Positions 36,991 to 46,597 of a DNA stretch of 64,000 nucleotides are shown here, one piece after another (within the stretch, counting starts at the first letter, position 1; every line of letters begins with the position of its first letter). The stretch comes from an uncultured virus (IMG/VR IMGVR_UViG_3300005098_000001). Lineage: Duplodnaviria > Heunggongvirae > Uroviricota > Caudoviricetes. The notes below the pieces were generated by a model. The model worked only from the letters and a program-made list of their open reading frames with translations, did no database searches and was not told the origin of the DNA. The stretch is taken from the IMG/VR virus record IMGVR_UViG_3300005098_000001; one strand, given 5' to 3'. Position numbers and translations under genes: made by a program.

Positions 36991-37568
36991 AAGAAATGGT
37001 TGAAAGTTTAAAAGAACTTGAAGAAAAAATTATATCTTGTAATAAGTGTCCCAGACTTAGAAAGGTGACTCCTTATCCAATGCCCCACATTATTTACAAT
37101 AGGGAAAATGCTAATAAATTATTTTGTATAGGGAGAAATCCTGGTTTGGAACATTCTTATGAAGATGTTCCAAGAGAGAAATTCATGCAAATTTATCACT
37201 CTCGATGGTGGGAATGTAAAATAGGCCAATATTTGAGAAATATTTTAGGAGACAACTTTGTTCTAAATTATATATTTTTTACTAATATTTGTAAGTGTAG
37301 TTCTCCTAATAATTCTGCTTTGACCAAAAAAGAAATGGAGAATTGTTTTCCTTTTTTGGAAAGGCAAGTTGAAATTGTTAAGCCTCCAGTAATTGTAGTA
37401 TTTGGTAGAACTTTTTCTGATTTTGTAAGAGAAAGACTTAAATTAAATATACCAATATTTTATTTGAGTCATCCTTCTTATTTTATGAGAAATAAAAATG
37501 ATGAAAAAGAAAAAGATCAGCTTGAAAAACTTATAAGAATTAAAAAATTCTTTTTGAAAAAGATATGA
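36966..37568 (+). CDS. Uracil-DNA glycosylase superfamily protein (family 4-like, Fe-S cysteines)
   Basis: CNKC, GRNPG, TNICKC, ENC, HPS. Confidence 0.85.
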   Translation: MVYRTDSVKEMVESLKELEEKIISCNKCPRLRKVTPYPMPHIIYNRENANKLFCIGRNPGLEHSYEDVPREKFMQIYHSRWWECKIGQYLRNILGDNFVLNYIFFTNICKCSSPNNSALTKKEMENCFPFLERQVEIVKPPVIVVFGRTFSDFVRERLKLNIPIFYLSHPSYFMRNKNDEKEKDQLEKLIRIKKFFLKKI

Positions 37569-38038
37569 TTTTAATTTTTGAGGGAACAGAAAAGAGTGGA
37601 AAGACAACTTTAGCCAAGGCGATTTCATCTAAACTTAAAATACCTTATTATAAAAATTCATATCAGAAGTTTGGTTTAAAAGAAGTTTATTTTATTTTAT
37701 GGGATTTTTTGAACCAAACTTGTTTTGATTTGATAATTGATAGGGATTATCCAAGTTGGTATGTTTATTCTAAATTGAGAGGAGAAAAAGTTGAAGGATC
37801 AGCTTTTAATTTCATTGATACGATTGCTCAATCTTTAGATACAAAGATTATAGTTTGTTATAGAACTTTTTATGAGAATTATACTGATATAGTTCCTATA
37901 GAATTAAATCCTAAAATATTAGATCTCTATAAGGAGTTTTCAAAAATTACTAAATGTAAAACTCTCTTTCTTGATACTTGTGCTAATAATTTTGGTGATC
38001 ATATAAAAGAAATTTTAAAGTTCATTAGGGAGAGTTAG
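37565..38038 (+). CDS. dNMP (thymidylate-like) kinase
   Basis: FEGTEKSGKTT; IDR..S..VY. Confidence 0.8.
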   Translation: MILIFEGTEKSGKTTLAKAISSKLKIPYYKNSYQKFGLKEVYFILWDFLNQTCFDLIIDRDYPSWYVYSKLRGEKVEGSAFNFIDTIAQSLDTKIIVCYRTFYENYTDIVPIELNPKILDLYKEFSKITKCKTLFLDTCANNFGDHIKEILKFIRES

Positions 38039-39262
38039 ATGAATATTTTGTATATTCTTCAACAATCTGTTTATGATAAAGAAGGTAAATGGACAACTGC
38101 AGATTCGAATATAAATATAATGGTTGGAATATTGAGAGAACTTTCCAAAAAGAGAAAAAAGTGGAGATTTTATGTTTTAATAGACAAATTAAAAAAGTTT
38201 AGGGATTTAAAATCCTATTTAGATCTTATTGAAGCAGAAAATGTTAAGTTTGTTCCTTTTCCTTTTGTTGTTAATGCTTTTTTGAATAGATACAATTTTT
38301 GTGTTAGAGAATTTGAGAAAGTAGCAAGAAGCATTGGTAAGATTGATATTATTTGGAATAATATTACAGAATTTACAAGGAATATCAAAACTTATTTTTA
38401 TTTTCGTCAAGGTTATTTACCTAAATTTATAACTTGTTGCTATTGGCTAGATCTTCCTTATTTAAATCAATCTAAGGTTCCTAGAGAGGTAACTTATTTT
38501 TGGAGGCAATTTGATGGTTTTGAATGTAGTGATTTGTGTGTATTTACTTGTAAATCTACATTAGAAGCATTTAGAAATCATTTGACTTTGATTTTTAGAG
38601 ATACTTTTTTAAGCGATTTAAATTTGAAAACTACAATTTGGGATTTTGGTTATTCGAAAGATGAAATTTTAAGATATAAGCCAAAAGAAAGAGAGATTCC
38701 AAATAAAAAGACAATTTTGTTTTTAAATCGTTTAAGTGAGATTAATTATACACATCATATTGAATTTATAGAAGCAATAAAGATTTTGAAAAGTAGAAGA
38801 GATGATTTTCAAGTTATTTTTACTAATCCTTCGATGAAGGTTTCATTTAAATATCTCAAAAAAGTAGTTCCTAATCTTTTTATTTATAAGGAAGATGTAT
38901 TGACTAGAGAGGAGTATGTTAAACTTTTATGGCAAGGGGATATTTCTATCCATCTTTTTGAAAAGGAATTGTATGGAGGTTGTTCCTTTAGAGAGGCAAT
39001 TGAGGCAGATAATATACCAGTAACTCTTCCTATTTATGAATATGCTAGGATATTGGGAAAGTCTTATCCATTTTATCTAAAAAGTATAACTCCTCAAGAA
39101 ATAGCTAATGTATTAAATACTATTTTAGATTCTTTTGATGTGTGTGATTTTAGAGGTACTAATTCTTTTTCTAGAATTAAAATGAGAAATTATGAAAGTT
39201 CTTTTGAAAAAGTTTCTAATAAAGTTATAATGGATATAGAAAGTTTATTTGAAAATCAATGA
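38039..39262 (+). CDS. GT-B glycosyltransferase, candidate DNA-modifying
   Basis: LFLNRLS, ELYGGCSFREA (EX7E-like); flanked by the kinase and the TS-like gene. Confidence 0.65.
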   Translation: MNILYILQQSVYDKEGKWTTADSNINIMVGILRELSKKRKKWRFYVLIDKLKKFRDLKSYLDLIEAENVKFVPFPFVVNAFLNRYNFCVREFEKVARSIGKIDIIWNNITEFTRNIKTYFYFRQGYLPKFITCCYWLDLPYLNQSKVPREVTYFWRQFDGFECSDLCVFTCKSTLEAFRNHLTLIFRDTFLSDLNLKTTIWDFGYSKDEILRYKPKEREIPNKKTILFLNRLSEINYTHHIEFIEAIKILKSRRDDFQVIFTNPSMKVSFKYLKKVVPNLFIYKEDVLTREEYVKLLWQGDISIHLFEKELYGGCSFREAIEADNIPVTLPIYEYARILGKSYPFYLKSITPQEIANVLNTILDSFDVCDFRGTNSFSRIKMRNYESSFEKVSNKVIMDIESLFENQ

Positions 39263-39426
39263 TGCAAGGTTCTTGTAGAGAGAAAGAAATGCATGAATTA
39301 TGGCTTAGGATCTTGGCAAATATAAAATTTTCTAGTGAAGAGGAGCTTCAAAAATTTTTGAAGAATCTTGATAAAGTTTTGACAGAGGATGATATTAAAT
39401 ATTTGATTTCATATTTAAAAGAATAA
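39259..39426 (+). CDS. Small hypothetical protein (55 aa, below the ORF-track cutoff)
   Basis: ATGA-coupled ORF filling the gap before the TS-like gene. Confidence 0.5.
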   Translation: MMQGSCREKEMHELWLRILANIKFSSEEELQKFLKNLDKVLTEDDIKYLISYLKE

Positions 39427-39428
39427 AA

Positions 39429-40400
39429 ATGGAATTTGAAGGAGTAAATCAAGCATTTAGATACCTAATTGATTTTGTTAGTAAAGAAGGAAGGATAGTG
39501 GAAACTAGAGGTTTAAAGTGTAAAGAAGTAATTTCAACTTCAATAACTTTGAAAAATATAAGAAAACGTTTTGTAATTTCTAATTTTAGAAAAACTTCAC
39601 TTTTATATGCTTTTGCAGAATTCTTTTGGTATTTGAGTAGATCGAATAAGATTGAAATGATTAAATATTATGCTCCTTCAATAGGAAGATTTAGTGATGA
39701 TGGAATTACAATGAATTCTGCCTATGGTTATTGTATTTGGGATAGGTGGATTGATCAATGGTCACTTTGTTTATATAAGTTAAAACAAGATCCTAATACT
39801 CGTCAGGCAATAATTTTGTTAAGGGATCCTTTTGATCTTATGAAAGAAACTAAAGATTGTATTTGTACTATTTGTCTTCAATTTCTTTTGAGAGATAAAT
39901 TAGACTTAGTAGTATATATGAGAAGTAATGATTTAATGGTAGGTTTTGTTTATGATGTTTTTAGTTTTACAATGCTTCAAGAGCTTATGGCAAAATGTTT
40001 AAATGTTGATATAGGAAAATACCATCATCACGTAGGAAGTTTGCATATATATGATAAGTTTTTGCCTAAAGTTGATAGTATCCTTTCTGAAAATATAACT
40101 GAGTTAGAAATGGAAGAAATGTCCTTCAATGAGGATATATTTCTTGAAATTTTTAAGGTTTTGTCTTATGAAGCTACAATAAGAAAAGAAGGCTTTTTGT
40201 CTAATTTGTGGAATATTTTTTTTGATATAAGAAGAGAAAAATTCAGCGACTATTGGAAAAGTATTTTGTATTTCTTTCTTTTGAAAAGATTGGAATCTTC
40301 TATGAAAAAGTCTGATAGGATATTGCTTTGTCAGGAGATTGTTAAAAGTATTAGAAGAACTAGTCCTTTTCTTAGGAGTTTTATTGATGTTAAAGTTTAA
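39429..40400 (+). CDS. Thymidylate-synthase-fold enzyme, dCMP hydroxymethylase-like
   Basis: SAYG, TRQA, DCICT..LQF, MRSNDLMVGFVYD, GSLHIY. Confidence 0.8.
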   Translation: MEFEGVNQAFRYLIDFVSKEGRIVETRGLKCKEVISTSITLKNIRKRFVISNFRKTSLLYAFAEFFWYLSRSNKIEMIKYYAPSIGRFSDDGITMNSAYGYCIWDRWIDQWSLCLYKLKQDPNTRQAIILLRDPFDLMKETKDCICTICLQFLLRDKLDLVVYMRSNDLMVGFVYDVFSFTMLQELMAKCLNVDIGKYHHHVGSLHIYDKFLPKVDSILSENITELEMEEMSFNEDIFLEIFKVLSYEATIRKEGFLSNLWNIFFDIRREKFSDYWKSILYFFLLKRLESSMKKSDRILLCQEIVKSIRRTSPFLRSFIDVKV

Positions 40401-40809
40401 ATTGTTAAATTCTAACACAATTCTTCCTACTAAAAAATATGAAGGAGATGCAGGCTTTGATGTTTTTTCTCCTTATGATTTTGATTTAGAGCCTTTCGAA
40501 ATTAAAAAAATAAATTTAGGCCTAGCAGTTGAATTCGATCCAGGAAATGTATTATTAGTTCAAACAAAATCAAGTTTGGCTGAGAAAGGAATTGAAACTA
40601 TTGGAAATGTTATAGATTCAACTTATAGAGGACCAATACATGTTATTTTAGTGAATTTAAGTCAAAAAGTTCATACTTTTCATAAAGGTCAAAAAATAGC
40701 TCAACTTTTGCTTTTAAAATGTTATACTGGGAGAAAAGTTGAAAAAGTTGATGAGTTAAGTAAAACAGAAAGAGGATCTGGAGGCTTTGGTTCAACTGGA
40801 ATATTTTGA
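40387..40809 (+). CDS. dut: Trimeric dUTPase
   Basis: DAGFD, KSS, VIDSTYRG, IAQL, RGSGGFGSTG. Confidence 0.92.
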   Translation: MLKFKLLNSNTILPTKKYEGDAGFDVFSPYDFDLEPFEIKKINLGLAVEFDPGNVLLVQTKSSLAEKGIETIGNVIDSTYRGPIHVILVNLSQKVHTFHKGQKIAQLLLLKCYTGRKVEKVDELSKTERGSGGFGSTGIF

Positions 40810-40817
40810 GGTCTTTT

Positions 40818-41279
40818 ATGAAATCTAGACCAAATTGGGATGAATATTTCATTACTATACTAGATGCTGTTGCTTCAAGATCTACTTGTAATAGAGCAAA
40901 ATGTGGAGCTTTGATTGTAAAAGATAGACAAATTTTAAGTACAGGTTATGCTGGAAGTGTTAGTGGACTTCCTCATTGTGATGAAGTGGGTTGTCAATTA
41001 GCAAAATTCATTGATGAAAATGGAAATGAGAAAATACATTGCATTAGAACTATTCATGCAGAACAAAATGCAATTTGTCTTGCAGCTAAAAGAGGAATAT
41101 CGATTGAGGGAGCAACGATATATATAACTATGGAACCTTGTTATACATGTGCAAAAATGATTTGTCAGTGTGGAATTAAAAGAGTTGTGGTTAAGTATAA
41201 ATATCATGCTGGAGAATTAAGTAGAAAGTTGTTTAAAGAAAAAGGAATAGAATTAATTGTGTTAGAGGATGAAAAATAA
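40818..41279 (+). CDS. dCMP deaminase (ComEB-like)
   Basis: RPNWDEYF, HAEQNA, PCYTC. Confidence 0.92.
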   Translation: MKSRPNWDEYFITILDAVASRSTCNRAKCGALIVKDRQILSTGYAGSVSGLPHCDEVGCQLAKFIDENGNEKIHCIRTIHAEQNAICLAAKRGISIEGATIYITMEPCYTCAKMICQCGIKRVVVKYKYHAGELSRKLFKEKGIELIVLEDEK

Positions 41280-43863
41280 AGAGTTTTGTCATTTACATGT
41301 CCATAATGAATTTTCATATTTAGATGGATATGGTTCTGCGGAACAATATGTTCTTAGAGCAAAAGAATTAGGTTTTGATTGTCTTGGTCTTACTAATCAT
41401 GGAAATATAGATGGACTTATTAAATTTCAAAGAGTTTGTTTAGAACATAATATAAAACCAATTTTGGGTTGTGAATTATATTTAGTTCCTGATTTGAAGA
41501 AAATAAGGGAAAAGAAGAAAAAAGGACACGTTGTAGTTTTAGTAAAAGATGAAATAGGTTGGTTAAATCTATGCAAAATGATGACTTTTGCTAATACCAA
41601 AGGGTTTTACTATAAGCCTTTAGTGGATTATGAAATTTTTTTATCTCATTTAGATGGTTTAGTGATTTTGACTGGATGTGTTGCAAGTTTTTTGAACTTA
41701 CCCGGAGGAATTTCTTTTTTTGAAAGAATTTTAGAAAAAACAAAGGATGTGTACTTAGAAATAATGCCTCATAATATTGATATTCAAAGAAAATTTAATT
41801 TAAAGCTTTATGAATTAAAGAAACTTTATGAACTAAATAAAGGAATTAATATACCAATGGTTGCTTCTAATGATTGTCATTATGTGAATAATGATGAAGA
41901 GGAAGTTCAACAAGTTTTATTAGCAATCCAAAAAAAGCAAAAATGGTCAGATCCTAATAGGTTTAAATTTGATGTAGGTGAACTTTATTTGAAAACGGCT
42001 AATGAGATGATAAGATCTTTTAGAGAGCAAAAAACTTTGCCAATTGGGCTTTGCATTGATGCATTAAAAAGGACAAAAGAAGTAGCTAATAAGTGTGTTT
42101 TTAAAATAGGTAGTTTTAAAGCTTATTTACCTAGACCTTTTGAAGTAGAAGATGAATTTAAATTTTTAAAAGAAATTTGTTGTGAAAATTTAGAATCTAA
42201 AAATTTTAAGAAAAGAATTTATGAAAGAAGATTAGATCATGAATTAAAAGTTATAAAGAATTTAGGCTTTGTGCGTTATTTTTTAATTGTTAAAGATCTT
42301 GTTGATTTTTGTAAAAAAGAAAATATAATGGTAGGACCAGGAAGAGGGTCTGTCTCTGGTAGTTTAGTAGCCTATCTTTTAGATATTACTAAAATAGATC
42401 CTATTAGATTTGATTTAATGTTTTCAAGATTTATTTCTCCAAAAAGACTTGATCTTCCTGATATTGATTTGGATGTACAAAGTAAAAAGAGAAATAAAGT
42501 TTTACAGTATTTAGAGGATAAGTATGGAAAGAATAATGTTTTAGGAATTTCGACTTTTTTAAGAATGAAAAGTAGAATGGTTTTTAGAGATGTCTGTAGA
42601 GTGTTTGATGTTCCTCTTAATTTAGTAAATTATCTTAGTAATAAGATAAATGATGATTTAGAAAAATTTTTTGTAGATAGGGAAGTTAGTAGTTTATTGA
42701 AAAAATATCCTAAAGTGGAATATTTTTGTAAGAAATTAATTAATCAGATTAGAGGAGTTGGACAACATGCTGCAGGAATTGTTTTAGTAGATAATATTTA
42801 TAGGTATGGGAATGTTGCTAAAAGACAAAATGCTTTTACAATAAATTGGGATAAAGAAGATGTAAAATATTTAGGACTTTTAAAGTTAGATATTTTAGCT
42901 CTTTCTGCTTTAGATGTTCTGCAAGAAATTAAGAAATTAGTGAAAATAAATAAAAAAATTGAACTTAAGTTTGAAGATATTTCTTTAGATGATGAAAAAG
43001 TATTGAGTGAATTCTCATCTGGAAATACTACAGGAGTCTTTCAATTTTCTTCTCAAGGTATGACAGATTTGTGTAGGCAAGTAAGTGTTGATAAATTTGA
43101 TTTAATCCCAATGGTAATTGCTTTGTATAGACCTGCTCCACTTAAAAGTGGAATGCCAGATTTATTTTTAAAAAACCGTTTTAGCCAAAATAAACATTTT
43201 GATGAAATTCTTGAAGATACTTATGGAGTTCTTATTTTTCAAGAACAAGTTTTAAAATTTCTTATAGGAAAAGCATCTTTTTCTTTTACAGAGGCAGATG
43301 AAGTAAGAAAAGCTTTAGATCATGAATCTGTAGATTTTTTGGATAATATAAAACCAAAATTTATTAGAGGCTGTTTGAAGAATGGAATTTCTAGAGAGGA
43401 TGCTGAATTAAATTGGAATACTTTGATGAAGTATGGTGGTTATGCTTTTAATAAAGCACATGCAACTGGCTATGGTCTTTTAGCTTATTGGTTTATGTAT
43501 TGTAAAGTATATTATCCTATTGAGTATATTTGTTCTCAATTGACATTGGGAAATGTTGATAAAAAAGAGATGTTGAAGGAAGCTCTAAGATTAGGCCTAA
43601 AAATTGCTCTTCCCAAGGTGGGTTATTCTAAGGCTAAGGTTTGGCAAGTTAAAGATGATATTTTATTTATGCCTTTTATTGAAATAAAAGGGATTGGGAA
43701 TGCAATGGCGGAGAAAGCAGAGAAAATGAAAAATAAAATTAGAGAGGGCTTTTATGAAACACCTAAGAATCTATTAGAAAAATTGAATTTGGTTAAGGCT
43801 TTTGATAATGACTTTGTTTTTTTAGAAGATTTAAGAAAATTTGAGAGTCTATTAAGTTTATAG
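41269..43863 (+). CDS. dnaE: Family C DNA polymerase (Pol III alpha-like)
   Basis: PHP domain HLHVH..S.LDG; GPGRGS; PDIDLD; HAAG; LKLDIL; YAFNKAHA. Confidence 0.95.
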   Translation: MKNKEFCHLHVHNEFSYLDGYGSAEQYVLRAKELGFDCLGLTNHGNIDGLIKFQRVCLEHNIKPILGCELYLVPDLKKIREKKKKGHVVVLVKDEIGWLNLCKMMTFANTKGFYYKPLVDYEIFLSHLDGLVILTGCVASFLNLPGGISFFERILEKTKDVYLEIMPHNIDIQRKFNLKLYELKKLYELNKGINIPMVASNDCHYVNNDEEEVQQVLLAIQKKQKWSDPNRFKFDVGELYLKTANEMIRSFREQKTLPIGLCIDALKRTKEVANKCVFKIGSFKAYLPRPFEVEDEFKFLKEICCENLESKNFKKRIYERRLDHELKVIKNLGFVRYFLIVKDLVDFCKKENIMVGPGRGSVSGSLVAYLLDITKIDPIRFDLMFSRFISPKRLDLPDIDLDVQSKKRNKVLQYLEDKYGKNNVLGISTFLRMKSRMVFRDVCRVFDVPLNLVNYLSNKINDDLEKFFVDREVSSLLKKYPKVEYFCKKLINQIRGVGQHAAGIVLVDNIYRYGNVAKRQNAFTINWDKEDVKYLGLLKLDILALSALDVLQEIKKLVKINKKIELKFEDISLDDEKVLSEFSSGNTTGVFQFSSQGMTDLCRQVSVDKFDLIPMVIALYRPAPLKSGMPDLFLKNRFSQNKHFDEILEDTYGVLIFQEQVLKFLIGKASFSFTEADEVRKALDHESVDFLDNIKPKFIRGCLKNGISREDAELNWNTLMKYGGYAFNKAHATGYGLLAYWFMYCKVYYPIEYICSQLTLGNVDKKEMLKEALRLGLKIALPKVGYSKAKVWQVKDDILFMPFIEIKGIGNAMAEKAEKMKNKIREGFYETPKNLLEKLNLVKAFDNDFVFLEDLRKFESLLSL

Positions 43864-43889
43864 TATAATAAGAAAATAAGGAGGTTGAA

Positions 43890-44384
43890 GTGAGTGAGGA
43901 AATTGAAAAAGAAAAAATTAAGGAGATATTGGAAGTAGATAAATATTCTTTAGACAAAGAATGGGAAAGACAGTCTGTTTTGTATATGGGATGGGCAGAG
44001 AGGGTTGCAGAGAAACAGCTTCATAGAGATAAAATGAAATTTAATTTAGAGTATGTCAAAGCAAATTTGGATTATCAGATTAGAAGTTCTCCCGAAAAAT
44101 ATGGAATAACAAGAGTGACTGAAGCTTCAATTCAGAATGTAATAATCAATCAGCCTGAGTATATTGCAGCAAGAGATAAATTTATTAAAGCAGAATATGA
44201 CCTTTCTCTTGCTCAATCTGTTAAGGAAGCCTTACATCATAAGAAAAAAGCACTTGAGAATTTAACACAGTTATGGTTAAGTGGTTATTATAGCGAGCCT
44301 ACTATTCCTGAGCCAACAAAAGACAAAGTTGAAGAAGCCAGAAAAAGGGATATTTTAAAGAAATTAAAGGAAAAAGTAGTATAA
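43890..44384 (+). CDS. UvsY-like recombination mediator
   Basis: Helical protein (LDKEW..Q..LY..W; TEASI) next to the SSB and RecA genes. Confidence 0.5.
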   Translation: MSEEIEKEKIKEILEVDKYSLDKEWERQSVLYMGWAERVAEKQLHRDKMKFNLEYVKANLDYQIRSSPEKYGITRVTEASIQNVIINQPEYIAARDKFIKAEYDLSLAQSVKEALHHKKKALENLTQLWLSGYYSEPTIPEPTKDKVEEARKRDILKKLKEKVV

Positions 44385-44395
44385 AGGAGGTAAAG

Positions 44396-44689
44396 ATGTT
44401 GGAAGAATTAAAAGTAGCACTTGGAGGACAAGAGGGTTCACAAAGGCCTATTGATGAAATAATTAATATAATGAGAGCTAGTATTGATAGTTTAGAAGAG
44501 ACTGTAAAGCTTTTAGAAGATAAATGTAAGTTCTATATGAGAATAGATGAGGAAAATTCTAGTAATGAGCCTAAATTAGGTCCTATTAAATATCATAATG
44601 CTCCTATTTTAAGTAATTTAGCTAATTTAGTTGAAAGAATTAGAACTATTAATCGCATATTGGGGGATATCACAAATCGTTTAGTTTAG
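44396..44689 (+). CDS. Hypothetical protein
   Basis: AAGGAGGT RBS. Confidence 0.6.
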   Translation: MLEELKVALGGQEGSQRPIDEIINIMRASIDSLEETVKLLEDKCKFYMRIDEENSSNEPKLGPIKYHNAPILSNLANLVERIRTINRILGDITNRLV

Positions 44690-44705
44690 TTTTAGGAGGG
44701 AAAAG

Positions 44706-45635
44706 ATGAAATATAGGGAGAGTTTGATGTCAAGAATTAAAAAGAGTTATGAGAAACGTGAAACAAGTGGTAGATTTAAAACTATTTTTAGGGAGGATTT
44801 AGAGATTCAAATATGGCCTTGTCCTGAAGGTGACCATTTAATTGACATTATTCCTTATTTGGCGGGAGATAATGATCCAGATGTAGAACCTGGGAGTCCA
44901 ACTTATTGCTTAGATGTATGGGTTCACCCTGGGGTTGGAGTAAATGAAAATTCTTATATTTGTCTATCAAGAACATATAATAAACCTTGTCCAATTTGTG
45001 AGTATCAGAAAAAATTAAGAATGAATAAAAATGCTGATTATGAAGCTCTTATTTCTCTTAATCCTGTTAGAAGAACTCTATATAATATAGTTTGTTATGA
45101 CAACGAAAAGGAAAGAGAAAAAGGTGTTCAAGTATGGCAAATTGCTCATTGGTATTTTGAAAGGTTTTTAGTCGCTTTAGCGAGAGACCCAAGGACAGGG
45201 AAAATAGTTTGTTTTGCAGATCCAGAAGAGGGAAAATCAATTGCCTTTACCAAAAAAGGAAAAGGAAGAAGTATGCAGATTATAGGTCATAGGTTTGTGG
45301 ATAGATCTTATAAGATTCCAAAAGATTTACTAGATAGTGCATATATTTTGGATGAAATAATACATATTCCAACTTATGATGAAGTAAAAGAGGCATTTGA
45401 GGGGGCTCCTGTTGAGGAAATTGAAAAAGAAGGAGTTCTAAAAGAAGAGGAGAAAGGAAAGGAAGAAGATACAGAGGCCCCTTCTAGGGAATTACCAAGA
45501 GAAGAAAAACCATCTAAAAAGTTAGTTTGTCCATTTGGAGGAGAATTTGGAAAAGATATTGATAATCTTGAAGAATGTATTAATTGTCCATTTTATGAAA
45601 AGTGTGCACTTGAAAATGAAAAATTGAAAAAATGA
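44706..45635 (+). CDS. T4 gp32-like single-stranded DNA-binding protein
   Basis: H..C..CPICE Zn site, DPEEG, acidic region. Confidence 0.7.
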   Translation: MKYRESLMSRIKKSYEKRETSGRFKTIFREDLEIQIWPCPEGDHLIDIIPYLAGDNDPDVEPGSPTYCLDVWVHPGVGVNENSYICLSRTYNKPCPICEYQKKLRMNKNADYEALISLNPVRRTLYNIVCYDNEKEREKGVQVWQIAHWYFERFLVALARDPRTGKIVCFADPEEGKSIAFTKKGKGRSMQIIGHRFVDRSYKIPKDLLDSAYILDEIIHIPTYDEVKEAFEGAPVEEIEKEGVLKEEEKGKEEDTEAPSRELPREEKPSKKLVCPFGGEFGKDIDNLEECINCPFYEKCALENEKLKK

Positions 45636-46597
45636 AAAATTCTACTAAGGATAGTGAAAGGATATTGATTCCAACTGGATGTATAATGCTTGATTTGGCA
45701 TTATCGGATAATATTTATCAAGGTTATGTTTTAGGTAGTTTAGTTAATATTGTAGGAGATTCTAGTTCAGGGAAAACTTTTTTACTTTTGTCACTTTTAG
45801 CTACCCTTAGTTATGATAAAAGATTTAAAGATTATTTATTGATTTATGATGAACCCGAGGCGAGTCTAATGATAAATATTCCAAAACTTTTTGGTAAAAA
45901 AGCTGATGAAAGAATTACGAGATTATCTTCTGATACAATCGAAGAGTTCTATGAAAGAATAAAAAATTTTTGTGAGAAGAAAGTGAAATTTATATATGGC
46001 TTAGATTCTTTAGACGCTCTTTCATGTAAAGCTGAAAAAAAGAAAATAGAAGGTTATCATCTTGAAAAACCTCGTCTTATGAGTATGATTTTAAGAAATA
46101 TTGTTAGGGATTTAAGAGATCAAAACTCTTTAGTAGTAATTATTTCACAAACAAGGGAAAGAATTGGGATAAGGTTTGGTGAAAGAAAAACAAGGAGTGG
46201 TGGAAAAGCTTTGAGATTTTATAGTACCCATGAAATTTGGCTTGCAATAAAAGAACATTTGGAGGAGAAGAAAAAAGATATTGGTGTAAAGGTTAGGGCA
46301 AGAGTAAAAAAGAATAAGGTTTTAGGTAAGTTAAGAGATATAGAGTTTGACATTTTGTATGATTATGGTATTGATGATATAGGGTCAATTGTAGATTTTT
46401 TAGTTTCTCAAGAGATTTGGAGGAGAGAAAAGAAGAAGATTCTAGCTTCTAAGGATGGTTTTATTGATTCTTCCAAAGAGGATTTAGTTAGTTTTATAGA
46501 AGAAAAATCTTTGGAAAAAAAGCTTTTTAAATTCGTTGATTCTAAATGGAAAGAGCTAGAAAATTTTAGAAAAAAAAGAAAGCCTAAATTTCAATGA
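45632..46597 (+). CDS. recA: RecA/UvsX recombinase
   Basis: IPTG..LD.AL, GDSSSGKT, LDSLDAL, SQTR, GGKALRFY, KNKV. Confidence 0.92.
   Translation: MKNSTKDSERILIPTGCIMLDLALSDNIYQGYVLGSLVNIVGDSSSGKTFLLLSLLATLSYDKRFKDYLLIYDEPEASLMINIPKLFGKKADERITRLSSDTIEEFYERIKNFCEKKVKFIYGLDSLDALSCKAEKKKIEGYHLEKPRLMSMILRNIVRDLRDQNSLVVIISQTRERIGIRFGERKTRSGGKALRFYSTHEIWLAIKEHLEEKKKDIGVKVRARVKKNKVLGKLRDIEFDILYDYGIDDIGSIVDFLVSQEIWRREKKKILASKDGFIDSSKEDLVSFIEEKSLEKKLFKFVDSKWKELENFRKKRKPKFQ

Noticed and set aside
39429..40400. Canonical thyA
   Set aside because: Lacks the PCH and PFN motifs and has Asp at the specificity position, so the symbol is withheld.
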